A DNA stretch of 64,000 nucleotides, taken from Magnetospirillaceae bacterium (lineage in GTDB: Bacteria; Pseudomonadota; Alphaproteobacteria; Rhodospirillales; Magnetospirillaceae). Numbering within the stretch: the first letter of the stretch is position 1; each line of letters starts with the position of its first letter. The stretch spans positions 3,513 through 67,512 of the forward strand of contig JAWLGJ010000007.1 of assembly GCA_041685145.1 (NCBI GenBank), read 5' to 3'. The translations under genes and the position numbers were made by a program. Shown in pieces: positions 28,376-37,816 of this stretch. The notes beneath the pieces are model-generated. The model was not told the DNA's origin, did no database searches, and worked only from the letters and a program-made list of their open reading frames with translations.

Positions 28376-29260
28376 TCAGGCCTGCTTGGCCTCGATGACG
28401 CCGCGGCGGACGGCGCGGGTGCGGGTGAACAGTTCCTCCAGCTTTTCGCCCTCGCCCCAGCGGATCGCCCTTTGCAGCGCGGTGAGATCCTCGGTGAAGC
28501 GTTGCAGCATCTCCAGCACCGCCTCGCGGTTGTTGAGGAAGATGTCGCGCCACATCACCGGATCGGAGGCGGCGATGCGGGTGAAGTCGCGAAAGCCGCC
28601 GGCGGAATACTTCACCACCTCGTGGCGGAGGCTTTCCTCCAGGTCGGTGGCGGTGCCGACGATGGTGTAGGCGATCAGATGCGGCAGGTGCGAGGTCATG
28701 GCCAGCACCTGGTCGTGGTGGTGCGGGTCCATCTCGGCGACGCTCATCCCCGCCGCCTCCCACAGCGCCCGCACCCGCGCCACGGCGGCGGCGTCGGTGC
28801 CCGGCGGCGGCGTCAGGATGCACCAGCGGTCCCGGAACAACTCGGCAAAGCCGGCCTCGGGGCCGGAATGCTCGGTGCCGGCGACGGGATGGCCCGGCAC
28901 CAGGTGGACGCCCTCGGGCACCAGCGGCCCGACGTCGCGGATCACCGCCTGCTTGACCGAGCCGACATCGCTGACGACGGCACCCGGCTTTAGATGCGGC
29001 CCGATGGCGGCGGCGACGTCGGCATAGGCCCCCAGCGGCGTGCAGATCATCACCAGGTCGGCGTCACGAACCGCCTCGGCGGCGTCGGCGGTGGCGGCGT
29101 CGACAAGGCCGAGTTCCAGCGCCTTGGCGCGGGTCTCCGCGCGCCGGGCCACCGCGACCGCGCGCCGGGCCAGGCCGTCGCGGCGCACCACCCGCGCCAG
29201 CGACGAGCCGATCAGCCCGATGCCGATAAAGGCGATTGTGTCGAACAGGGGTTGGGCCAT
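28376..29260 (-). CDS. tyrC: prephenate/arogenate dehydrogenase
   Basis: IAFIGIGLIGSSLA, GHPVAGTEHSGP, SHLPHLIAY. Confidence 0.9.
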   Translation of the reverse strand: MAQPLFDTIAFIGIGLIGSSLARVVRRDGLARRAVAVARRAETRAKALELGLVDAATADAAEAVRDADLVMICTPLGAYADVAAAIGPHLKPGAVVSDVGSVKQAVIRDVGPLVPEGVHLVPGHPVAGTEHSGPEAGFAELFRDRWCILTPPPGTDAAAVARVRALWEAAGMSVAEMDPHHHDQVLAMTSHLPHLIAYTIVGTATDLEESLRHEVVKYSAGGFRDFTRIAASDPVMWRDIFLNNREAVLEMLQRFTEDLTALQRAIRWGEGEKLEELFTRTRAVRRGVIEAKQA

Positions 29261-29263
29261 GAA

Positions 29264-30355
29264 CTACTCCGCGACATAGTCGGCGAAGACCTCGACGAAG
29301 GCGCGGTTTTCGTCCTCGCGCCCGACGGTCATGCGCAGCGACTCCGGCAGGCCATAGCCGCCCATGCGCCGCACGATGATGCCCCGCGAGCGCAAAAAGG
29401 CGTCGGCCTTTTCGGCCTCGGCCGGATCCTTGAAACGCACCAGGACGAAATTGGCGACGCTGGGCGGCACGTCCAGCCCCAGGCCGCGCAGCTTCTCGGT
29501 CACCCAGGCCAGCCAATAGTCGTTGTGCTCGCGCGACAGGCGCTCGAACTCCAGATCCTGGATCGCCGCCAGCGCCGCCGCCTGCGCGGCGGTGTTGACG
29601 TTGAAGGGGTTGCGCACGCGGTTGAGCACGTCGATGACGTTGGCCGGCCCGTAGCCCCACCCCACCCGCAACGCCGACAGGCCGTGAATCTTCGAGAAGG
29701 TGCGGGTCATGATGGTGTTGTCGCCGGCATCGCACAGCTCGGCGCCGGCGCTGTAGTCGTTGCGGGCGACGAACTCGGCATAGGCGGCGTCGATGACCAG
29801 CAGGATGTCGTCGCGCAGCCCCTCGCGCAGGCGCCGCAGTTCCTCCACCGGAAGATAGGTGCCGGTGGGGTTGTTGGGGTTGGCAAGAAAGACGATGCGC
29901 GTGCGCTCGGTCACCGCCGCCAGCAGGTTATCGACGCTGGCGGTCAGCTCGCTCTCCGGCGCCGTCACCGGGGTCGCGCCGGCGGTCTTGGCGGCGATGG
30001 CGTACATCAGAAAGCCGTGGGCGGAATACAGCACCTCGTCGCCGGGGCCGGCATAGGCGCGGCACAGCAGGCCCAGAAGCTCGTCGGAGCCGGCGCCGCA
30101 GACGATGCGCGCCGGGTCGAGGCCATAGCGCGCGCCGATGGCCTGGCGCAGCGCCGTGCAGCCGCCGTCGGGGTAGCGATGCAGGTCGGCGGCCGCGGCG
30201 CGGTACGCCTCGACGGCCCTGGGGCTGGCGCCCAGCGCCCCCTCGTTGGAGGCCAGCTTGATCACGCGGCTGGCGCCCTCCAGCGCCGATTCCCCGCCCA
30301 CATAGGGGGTGATGTCCATGACGCCGGGACGGGGGGTGGGAGCCTTCATCATCAT
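29264..30355 (-). CDS. hisC: histidinol-phosphate aminotransferase
   Basis: LASNEGALG, NPNNPTG, and PLP lysine context TFSKIHGLSALRVGW. Confidence 0.92.
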   Translation of the reverse strand: MMMKAPTPRPGVMDITPYVGGESALEGASRVIKLASNEGALGASPRAVEAYRAAAADLHRYPDGGCTALRQAIGARYGLDPARIVCGAGSDELLGLLCRAYAGPGDEVLYSAHGFLMYAIAAKTAGATPVTAPESELTASVDNLLAAVTERTRIVFLANPNNPTGTYLPVEELRRLREGLRDDILLVIDAAYAEFVARNDYSAGAELCDAGDNTIMTRTFSKIHGLSALRVGWGYGPANVIDVLNRVRNPFNVNTAAQAAALAAIQDLEFERLSREHNDYWLAWVTEKLRGLGLDVPPSVANFVLVRFKDPAEAEKADAFLRSRGIIVRRMGGYGLPESLRMTVGREDENRAFVEVFADYVAE

Positions 30356-31155
30356 CGCTTCGTCAGATCCTGTTCATCGGGTTGCGTTGAATCCATCGCC
30401 AGCGGCACCGGATAACCGCCCAGCACCGCCAGCCCCGCCGCCTCCAGTTCATAGCGGCGCGGGTCGTCCGGGGCCAGGAAGCCCTCGACCGCCAGCACCG
30501 CCGGCTCGGCGGCGTCCAGCGGCCCCACCGCGACCAGCCCGGCGCGGCGCAGCGCCGCCGCCGCCGGCACCTCCGGCGCCGGCCGCGGGTCGGCCACCAC
30601 CGAGTGGTCATGGCCGCTGGCTTCGGGCGCCATGCGCGCCACCACCAGCGCCGGTTGCGCGTCGCCCAGGAAGGGCAGCCGCGCCACCACGCGCAGCGCC
30701 GGCCGCTCCGCCAGCAATGGCCACCAGCGCGGCCCCGGTCCCGGCAGCGGCAGCACGCCGACGGTGGCGGCACCGGCGGCCACGCGGTCGAGCACCGCCG
30801 CCGGGTCGGCCAGCAGCGCCGTGGGGGTATAGGAGCCGTAGAACTCCCGCGCCGTGTCGTCCAGGCCCTCGGCCACCGCCATCGACAGCGGCCCCTGCAG
30901 CCCGGTCATCGGGCCGATGATCTCGTTCCACACCCGCAGCAGCGCCAGCAGCGGAAACGGCCCCGAATGCCGCGCCGCCAGCCGGCGCAGCACATTGGCG
31001 TGGCGGCCGGGGCGAATGAAGACGCCGTCCGGGCGCTTGGCGCGGCCGATGGCCGCCACGACCCCCGAACGCTCGACCAGAAGCTCGTGGATGCGGCGGT
31101 CGATGCGGTCGATGTCCTGGCGCAGCTTGTCGAGGGAATCCTTGTCGTCCGTCAT
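30352..31155 (-). CDS. chorismate mutase family protein with C-terminal extension
   Basis: N-terminal LDKLRQDIDRIDRRIHELLVERS (CM type 2). Overlaps the hisC start by 4 nt. Confidence 0.8.
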   Translation of the reverse strand: MTDDKDSLDKLRQDIDRIDRRIHELLVERSGVVAAIGRAKRPDGVFIRPGRHANVLRRLAARHSGPFPLLALLRVWNEIIGPMTGLQGPLSMAVAEGLDDTAREFYGSYTPTALLADPAAVLDRVAAGAATVGVLPLPGPGPRWWPLLAERPALRVVARLPFLGDAQPALVVARMAPEASGHDHSVVADPRPAPEVPAAAALRRAGLVAVGPLDAAEPAVLAVEGFLAPDDPRRYELEAAGLAVLGGYPVPLAMDSTQPDEQDLTKR

Positions 31156-31288
31156 TGACCGAGGGGCTGTCGATGGCGGGGGATAGTAGTAGTCGCATGA
31201 CCGGCTGAAATCAAAGAAAACATTGACAGCGGCGCCCCCGGCGCCTAGCTATCGCTTTTCCTTTCGGCACGGAACCTTAGACCCGGCG

Positions 31289-32449
31289 ATGGCCGCGACA
31301 CGGGATCGTCACACCTCACTGGCGCCGGCGCCGGACCAGCGAGTGGTCCTGGCGGAGGACCGCCCCTTGCGCCTGGACTGCGGGGTCGAACTGGGCCCGG
31401 TCACCGTGGCCTACAACACCTACGGCACCCTCAACGCCGACCGCTCCAACGCCATCCTCATCTGCCACGCGCTGACCGGCGACCATTACGTCGCCGGGGT
31501 GCATCCGGTGACCGGCAAGCGCGGCTGGTGGGACGAACTGGTGGGGCCCGGCCGGGTGCTGGACACCGACCGCTATTTCCTGATCTGCGCCAATGTGCTG
31601 GGCGGCTGCATGGGCTCCACCGGGCCCTGCGAGGTTAACCCCGCCACCGGCGAGCCCTGGGGCCTGGGCTTTCCGGTCATCACCGTCGGCGACATGGTGC
31701 AGGCGCAGGCGCGGCTGCTGGAGCATCTGGAGATTCCCGACCTGTTCTGCGTCATCGGCGGCTCGATGGGCGGGATGCAGGCGCTGGAATGGGCGGCGGC
31801 CTTTCCGGACAAGGTGTTCTCGGCGGTGCCCATCGCCACCTCGGCCCGCCATTCGGCCCAGAACATCGCCTTTCACGAGGTCGGCCGCCAGGCCATCCTC
31901 GCCGATCCCGACTGGTGCGGCGGCGATTACCTGCGCCAGGGCAAGCGCCCGCGCCGCGGCCTGGCGGTGGCGCGCATGGCGGCGCACATCACCTATCTGT
32001 CCGAGGCGGCGCTGCACCGCAAGTTCGGCCGCAACCTTCAGGACCGCAACGCCTTCACCTATGGTTTCGAGGCCGACTTCCAGGTGGAGAGTTATCTGCG
32101 CCATCAGGGGTCGACCTTCGTCGAACGCTTTGACGCCAACTCGTATCTCTACATAACCCGGGCGATGGATTACTTCGACCTGGCGGCGGAGAACGGCGGA
32201 CAACTGGCCAACGCCTTCCAGGGCACGCGCACGCGCTTTTGCGTCATTTCCTTCACCAGCGACTGGCTGTTCCCGACGCCGGAAAGCCGCATGATCGTCC
32301 ACGCGCTGAACGCCGCCGCCGCCAATGTCAGCTTCGTGGAGGTCGAATCCGACAAGGGCCACGACGCCTTCCTGCTCGACGAGCCGGAGTTCCACGCCAC
32401 CCTGACCGGCTTCCTGGAAGGGGCGGCCGAGCACCGGGGGCTGCGATGA
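31289..32449 (+). CDS. metX: homoserine O-acetyltransferase
   Basis: ATG 31289 preferred over TTG 31223. [14 protein letters not shown], and nucleophile elbow [12 protein letters not shown]. Confidence 0.92.
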   Translation: MAATRDRHTSLAPAPDQRVVLAEDRPLRLDCGVELGPVTVAYNTYGTLNADRSNAILICHALTGDHYVAGVHPVTGKRGWWDELVGPGRVLDTDRYFLICANVLGGCMGSTGPCEVNPATGEPWGLGFPVITVGDMVQAQARLLEHLEIPDLFCVIGGSMGGMQALEWAAAFPDKVFSAVPIATSARHSAQNIAFHEVGRQAILADPDWCGGDYLRQGKRPRRGLAVARMAAHITYLSEAALHRKFGRNLQDRNAFTYGFEADFQVESYLRHQGSTFVERFDANSYLYITRAMDYFDLAAENGGQLANAFQGTRTRFCVISFTSDWLFPTPESRMIVHALNAAAANVSFVEVESDKGHDAFLLDEPEFHATLTGFLEGAAEHRGLR

Positions 32450-33072
32450 CGGTGCTCAACAACGGCGCGGCGATCCGCGTCGACCTGAAAATGATCGCCG
32501 ACATGGTGGCGCCGGGGGCGCGGGTGCTGGACGTGGGCTGCGGCGACGGCCAGCTTCTCGACTATCTGGTGCACCGCAAGGGCGTGGACGGACGCGGGCT
32601 GGAACTGTCGATGGCCGGGGTGCGCGCGGCGGTCAGCCACGGTCTGTCGGTGATCCAGGGCAACGCCGACACCGACCTCAAGGACTATCCCTCCAACGCC
32701 TTTGACTACGTCATCCTCAGCCAGACGTTGCAGGCCACCCGCGAGCCCCGGGGGGTGGTCGACCACATGCTGCGCATCGGCCGCCACGCCATCGTCTCCT
32801 TCCCCAATTTCGGCCACTGGCGGGTGCGCCTGCAAATCCTGGCGCGCGGGCGGATGCCGGTGACCGACATGCTGGAATACCAGTGGTACGACACCCCCAA
32901 CATCCACTTCTGCACCATCCGCGACTTCACCGAATTGTGCCGCGAGATGAACATCGACATCGTGCGCGGCATCGCCCTGGACCGCGAGGGGCAGGTGCAG
33001 CCCTGGCGCGGCGACGGCCGCCTGGCCAACCTGTTTTCCGAGCAGGCGATGTTCCTGCTCAAGCGCGGCTGA
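32446..33072 (+). CDS. metW: methionine biosynthesis protein MetW
   Basis: ATG overlaps the metX TGA (ATGA). [12 protein letters not shown], and SFPNFGHW. Confidence 0.92.
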   Translation: MTVLNNGAAIRVDLKMIADMVAPGARVLDVGCGDGQLLDYLVHRKGVDGRGLELSMAGVRAAVSHGLSVIQGNADTDLKDYPSNAFDYVILSQTLQATREPRGVVDHMLRIGRHAIVSFPNFGHWRVRLQILARGRMPVTDMLEYQWYDTPNIHFCTIRDFTELCREMNIDIVRGIALDREGQVQPWRGDGRLANLFSEQAMFLLKRG

Positions 33073-33132
33073 CGGCCTGATCCGCCCGCCGCCGTCGGTG
33101 ATGGTGGGGCATGGCATGAGACGAGCACGGCG

Positions 33133-34614
33133 ATGGCCCTCCCCCCTTCCCTGCAATCCCTGATCCACCGGCTGCAACGCCTGCTGGGCGAGGACAGCGC
33201 GGCCGCCGGGGCGCCCCCGCCGCCGCCCACCGCCCCCGCGCCGCCGTCGGCGGCCGAGCCGCCCGTGGACACGTCGGCCGCGACGGCGCCTGAACTGCTC
33301 TCCGTCCTCACCGCGCAGGTCGCCGAGCGCACCGTCGAGGGGCGCCTGGAGGCCAAGCTGGTCGAGGTGCTGCGGCGGCGGGAATCGATGGTCAGCGGGC
33401 TGGTGTACCTGGTCAGCATGGAACGGGTGCTGGCCTATGTGCGCAGCCGCAAGCCCTACATGCTGGACAAGGCGTTCCAGGTCGCCGAATCGGTGCTGCG
33501 CGCCGAACTGGTGCGCGGCGATTTCTTCGCCAAGTACCGCGATCTCGGCTTCCTGGTCGCCTATGCCAATCTCTCGCGCGAGGCCGCCCAGCTCAAATCC
33601 GCGATGCTCTCGCGCCTGATCGCCGAGCATCTGGTGGGCGCCGACGCCGCCCCCGAACTGGCGATCACGCGGCTGGTCAGCATCGACGTGGGCGACGGCG
33701 CCGAGGCGCCGCCGTCGCTGAGCTTCCAGGAGATTCCGTCGCTGGAAGGGCTGGGCGACCTGCTGTCGGCGCGCATGGGCGCCGGGGCGGCGCCGACGGA
33801 CGCGGACGCGGCGGCGGACGACACCGACGCCGCGCCCCGGCGGCGCGAGCCGGCCTGGAGCTATGACGCCCCCGACCGGGACTTCTGGGACCGGGTGCTG
33901 TTTCGCCTGCGCTTCGCGCATCTGCCGGTGTGGAGCGCGCGGGAGCGGCGGGTCAGCAACTATTTCTGGCAGTTCGGCCTGGAGGACGACGGCGGCAAGA
34001 GCGGCTATGACGTGTTGCCGCACCGCGACCGCCCCAAGGAGATCCGCGAGCTCGACCTCTACAGTCTGCGCGTCTTCGGCGACCGGCTGGCGCGGGCGGC
34101 CGAAGGGGGCGAACCCTTCCGTCATCTTCTCACCGTGCCGCTGCACTACGAGACGCTGGTGGCCAGCAAGGGGCGTTTCCAGGTGGTGCAGCTTGCCCGC
34201 GGCCTGCCGCAGGCGGTGCGCCGGCGCATCGTCTTCGAGGTCGTCGGCCTGCCGAGCGGAGTGGTGGCGGGGCGGTTGCTGGAGATCATGGGGCTTTTGC
34301 GCTCGCTGGGGCGCTCAGTGCTGCTGCGCCTGCCGATCGACATGGCGCTTCCCGACGCCAGCGACCCCGCCCTCTACGCGCTCGGCACGGCGCTGCCGGC
34401 GGAGCCGGGTGGCGGGGCGCCGGGCCACGAGGCGCTGCGCGGCTTTGTCCGCCGCGCCGCCGAGCGCGGCTGCAAGTCCTATCTGCTGGGAGTGCCCGAC
34501 GCCGACGCCGCCGCCGAGATGGTGACGATAGGGTTTGACTACCTGGCGGGGCCGGGCATTCTGGAACCGGCCGTCGAGCCGGCGGGGGTGATGGACTTCG
34601 ATCCCTGGCGCTAG
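33133..34614 (+). CDS. hypothetical protein; by-eye resemblance to a fully degenerate GGDEF-EAL tandem
   Basis: 493 aa with coding-type GC3. Pro/Ala-rich N-terminus. The middle segment aligns to GGDEF topology with RDLGF in place of GGDEF. The C-terminal half aligns to the EAL-fold strand pattern with catalytic residues replaced. The weak SD makes the exact start uncertain. Confidence 0.6.
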   Translation: MALPPSLQSLIHRLQRLLGEDSAAAGAPPPPPTAPAPPSAAEPPVDTSAATAPELLSVLTAQVAERTVEGRLEAKLVEVLRRRESMVSGLVYLVSMERVLAYVRSRKPYMLDKAFQVAESVLRAELVRGDFFAKYRDLGFLVAYANLSREAAQLKSAMLSRLIAEHLVGADAAPELAITRLVSIDVGDGAEAPPSLSFQEIPSLEGLGDLLSARMGAGAAPTDADAAADDTDAAPRRREPAWSYDAPDRDFWDRVLFRLRFAHLPVWSARERRVSNYFWQFGLEDDGGKSGYDVLPHRDRPKEIRELDLYSLRVFGDRLARAAEGGEPFRHLLTVPLHYETLVASKGRFQVVQLARGLPQAVRRRIVFEVVGLPSGVVAGRLLEIMGLLRSLGRSVLLRLPIDMALPDASDPALYALGTALPAEPGGGAPGHEALRGFVRRAAERGCKSYLLGVPDADAAAEMVTIGFDYLAGPGILEPAVEPAGVMDFDPWR

Positions 34615-34662
34615 GGAGCGGGGCGACCGCCCGAGGAGGGCGAGGACAAAGGGGGGAGCGGC

Positions 34663-35076
34663 ATGGACGCGCGATTCGCGTGGAAGCCTGCCTATGAGAC
34701 CGGGGACGAGCGCGTCGATCGCCAGCACCAGGAACTGCTGGTGCTGGGCGGGCTGCTGTCCGAGGCGGTGGAATGCGGGCTGGGAGAGGAGGTCGTCGAC
34801 GAGGCCGTGCAGGCGCTGCTGGACTATGTCGACTACCACTTCCGCGACGAGGAGCGCTACATGCGCTCCATCGCGTGCGACCTGTTCCAGGCCCATTGCC
34901 GCGAGCACCGCCACCTGGCGGCCGAGTTGTCGGCGCTGGCCGAGGACCGCGACCTCGGCTTTTCCCGCTTCGAGCATGAACTGCTGAAATGGCTGGAAAC
35001 GCGGCTGATCCCGCACATGACCAACGACGACATGCAGGCCTTCGGCCTCAAGCCCCGTCCCGGGTGCGGCGGCTGA
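34663..35076 (+). CDS. bacteriohemerythrin (single-domain hemerythrin-like metal-binding protein)
   Basis: GGGGGGAG precedes ATG 34663. W.P.Y.TG...VD.QH, HF..EE, H..EH and H...DD ligand pattern. Confidence 0.88.
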   Translation: MDARFAWKPAYETGDERVDRQHQELLVLGGLLSEAVECGLGEEVVDEAVQALLDYVDYHFRDEERYMRSIACDLFQAHCREHRHLAAELSALAEDRDLGFSRFEHELLKWLETRLIPHMTNDDMQAFGLKPRPGCGG

Positions 35077-35839
35077 GGGCGCCGGGCGGCGGCGGAAGGG
35101 TGTCCTGCTGGCGGCGCAGCGGCACCAGCCCCTGCGGCACCACCGCGTAGCGGCGGCGCGCGCGCACCTGCCCCAGCGGCGTGCCGGCATAGATCCGCTT
35201 CGCCGCCTCCATCAGCAGCACCCCGGCGACGGGCTGGAACCAGCGCGCGCCCACCGCCTCCCACGCCGGCGCCGCGCGCAGCATCATCCGCGAACGCACC
35301 GGCGGCATGAACAGCGCCCCCGCCGACTGCACCGGCACGAACATGTTGTCGCGCAGCATCCGGGCAAGCTGGCCGGGCGTGTAGGGACGGCCGTTGCCGA
35401 AGGGGGTGCGCTCCAGCCGCGCCCAGATGCCGCGACGATTGGGCGCCACCACCAGCAGCCGGCCGCCGTCGTCCAGCACCCGCCATGCCTCGCGCATCAG
35501 GGCGCGGACGTGCTCGGTGCTTTCCAGCGCGTGCACCAGCAGCACCCGGTCGACGGCGCGATCCGGCAGCGGCAAGTCCGTTTCCTCGGCCAGCGCCACC
35601 AGCCCCGCGCCCTCGGGCGGCCAGTGCAGCACCCCCTGGCTGGCGGGCATCACCGCCAGCACGCGCTCGGCCTCCTCGCGGAAGGGGGACAGGAAGGGCG
35701 TGGCGAAGCCCAGCCCCAGCAGGCGCTGGCCGCGGACGTCCGGCCACAGGGCCCGGATGCGCCGGCGCAGCATCCGCCGTGCCATCTGTCCGGGGCGGCT
35801 GGCGTAGAATTCGCGCAGTTCCACCACGTCCGTCCACAT
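35048..35839 (-). CDS. class I SAM-dependent methyltransferase (type 11-like)
   Basis: ATG 35839 (MWTDVVELREFY). LLGLGFATPFL...DRVLLVHALE...GGRLLVVAPNRRG. Divergent from gloB, as in many alphaproteobacteria. Confidence 0.8.
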   Translation of the reverse strand: MWTDVVELREFYASRPGQMARRMLRRRIRALWPDVRGQRLLGLGFATPFLSPFREEAERVLAVMPASQGVLHWPPEGAGLVALAEETDLPLPDRAVDRVLLVHALESTEHVRALMREAWRVLDDGGRLLVVAPNRRGIWARLERTPFGNGRPYTPGQLARMLRDNMFVPVQSAGALFMPPVRSRMMLRAAPAWEAVGARWFQPVAGVLLMEAAKRIYAGTPLGQVRARRRYAVVPQGLVPLRRQQDTLPPPPGALSRRTRDGA

Positions 35840-35939
35840 CACGTCCTGGCGGCCCAGCGGTTTCAAGTGGGGTGACTCCCTTTGCTATGCGCCCTGCCGG
35901 TTAGATGATAGGCTTCGCGACCCGACATTGGGAGGGGCC

Positions 35940-36710
35940 ATGTCCGAACTTCTCATCGAGCAGATCCCCGCGCTCAGCGACAACTATGTCTATCTGCTGC
36001 ACGAGCCCAACACCGGCGCGACGGCGGTGGTCGACCCGGCCGCGGCCGAGCCGGTGCAGGCGGCGTTGGCGGCGCGCGGCTGGCGGCTGAGCCACATCCT
36101 CAACACCCACCACCACCAGGACCACACCGGCGCCAATCTGGCGCTGAAGAAGGCCTGGGATTGCAGCGTCGTGGGCGCCCGCCGGGACGCGGCGCGCATT
36201 CCCGGCATCGACGTCGAGGTGGGCAACCGCGACACCATCATGCTGGGCGACGCCGCCGCCATGATCTTCGAGGTGCCGGGGCACACATCGGGCCACATCG
36301 CCTATTGGTTCCCCGACAGCCGGGCGCTGTTCTGCGGCGACACCCTGTTCAGCCTGGGCTGCGGGCGCCTGTTCGAGGGCACGGCCGAGGAAATGTGGCG
36401 CTCGCTGCTGACCCTGCGCGACCTGCCGGCGGAGACCCGCGTCTATTGCGGCCATGAATACACCCAGGCCAACGCCCGCTTCGCCCGCACCGTCGAGCGC
36501 GACAACGACGCCCTGAAGGAGCGCGTCGGCGAGGTCGAGCGCCTGCGCGCCGCCGACAAGCCGACGGTGCCCACCACCATCGCCGCCGAACGCGCCGCCA
36601 ATCCATTCCTCCGCGCCGACGAGGCGGCGGTGCAGCAGGCGGTGGGCTTGCCGGGCGGCGACCCGGTGGCGGTGTTCGCCGAACTGCGCCGGCGCAAGGA
36701 CGCCTTTTGA
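35940..36710 (+). CDS. gloB: hydroxyacylglutathione hydrolase (glyoxalase II)
   Basis: GGGAGGGG precedes ATG 35940. LSDNYVYLL, and metal motif NTHHHQDHTG. Confidence 0.93.
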   Translation: MSELLIEQIPALSDNYVYLLHEPNTGATAVVDPAAAEPVQAALAARGWRLSHILNTHHHQDHTGANLALKKAWDCSVVGARRDAARIPGIDVEVGNRDTIMLGDAAAMIFEVPGHTSGHIAYWFPDSRALFCGDTLFSLGCGRLFEGTAEEMWRSLLTLRDLPAETRVYCGHEYTQANARFARTVERDNDALKERVGEVERLRAADKPTVPTTIAAERAANPFLRADEAAVQQAVGLPGGDPVAVFAELRRRKDAF

Positions 36711-36729
36711 CGCAACGGGAGAAGCCGCC

Positions 36730-37338
36730 GTGAAGCTCTATGTCAGCACCACCTCGCCCTTTGCCCGCAAGGCGCAGGCGGTGGTGATCGAAACCGGCCT
36801 GGCGGGTCGCGTCGCGATGGTGGCGGCGCACCCCTTCGCCGCCGACAGCCCGGTGCCGGGCGTGAACCCGCTGGGCAAGATTCCGGCGCTGGTGCTGGAT
36901 GACGGCACCGCGCTGGCGGAGTCGCCGCTGATCTGCGAATACCTGGACACCCTGCACGGCGGTCCGAGCCTGATTCCGGCCGAAGGCCCCGAACGATGGC
37001 GGGCGCTGCGCTGGCAGACGCTGGGCGACGGCATCATGGATGCCGGCGTGGCGCGGCGCGTCGAGGCGCTGTTCCACCCCGAGGGCCAGCGTTCCGAGGC
37101 GTGGGTCGAGCGCAAGCGCGCCGCCACCGCCCGCGCCCTGGACGCGCTGGAGGGCGAGGTCGAGGCCCTGGCGGCGGCGCCGGTGAGCATCGGCCACCTC
37201 GCCGTCGGCTGCGCGCTGGGTTATCTCGATTTCCGCTATGCCGCGGACGGCTGGCGCCAGGGGCGGCCGCGCCTGGCGGACTGGTACGCCGCCTTCGCCG
37301 CCCGCCCCGCCCTCGCCGAGACCGTGCCCAGCGAGTGA
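36730..37338 (+). CDS. glutathione S-transferase
   Basis: KLYVSTTSPFARK...GKIPALVLDDGTALAESPLICEYL. Confidence 0.85.
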   Translation: MKLYVSTTSPFARKAQAVVIETGLAGRVAMVAAHPFAADSPVPGVNPLGKIPALVLDDGTALAESPLICEYLDTLHGGPSLIPAEGPERWRALRWQTLGDGIMDAGVARRVEALFHPEGQRSEAWVERKRAATARALDALEGEVEALAAAPVSIGHLAVGCALGYLDFRYAADGWRQGRPRLADWYAAFAARPALAETVPSE

Positions 37339-37766
37339 TGGACGCCGAGGCGGTCATCCGCGCCCTCGACCTCCAGCCGCACCCCGAGGGCGGCCGTTTC
37401 CGCGAGGTCTATCGCCACGCCCCCGAGGGCGGCGGCCGGGGCGTGATGACCAGCATCTATTATCTGCTCCGTGCCGGCGAACACTCGGCCTGGCACCGGG
37501 TCGATGCGGTGGAGATCTGGCACCACTATGCGGGCGCGCCGCTGGCGCTGCACATCAGCGCGGACGGCGACGCCGTCACCACCCACACCCTGGGCACCGA
37601 CCTTGCCGCCGGGCAGCGTCCGCAGGCGGTGGTGCCGGCGCACGCCTGGCAGAGCGCCGAGCCCCTGGGGGCCTGGACGCTCGTCGGCTGCACCGTCGCC
37701 CCCGCCTTCGACTTCGCGGGCTTCGAGTTGGCCCCGGACGGGTGGGCGCCCGGCCGTGGCGGCTGA
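37338..37766 (+). CDS. cupin domain protein (DUF985-like)
   Basis: ATG overlaps the GST stop. LQPHPEGGRFREVYR...SIYYLL...WHRV. Confidence 0.8.
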   Translation: MDAEAVIRALDLQPHPEGGRFREVYRHAPEGGGRGVMTSIYYLLRAGEHSAWHRVDAVEIWHHYAGAPLALHISADGDAVTTHTLGTDLAAGQRPQAVVPAHAWQSAEPLGAWTLVGCTVAPAFDFAGFELAPDGWAPGRGG

Positions 37767-37816
37767 GTGACGACCGGGCGGCGCCGACAACGCGACCTTG
37801 GCGTGGAGGCTGTCCC

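Noticed and set aside
31156-31288. Possible SAM-II (metA/metX-type) riboswitch upstream of metX
   Set aside because: Alphaproteobacterial metX/metA genes often carry SAM-II. Here I could not find the conserved pseudoknot core or AAAGCU-type 3' element. The best promoter candidate (TTGACA at 31223, 17 nt, TAGCTA) would leave only about 35 nt of leader. A covariance-model scan would settle it.
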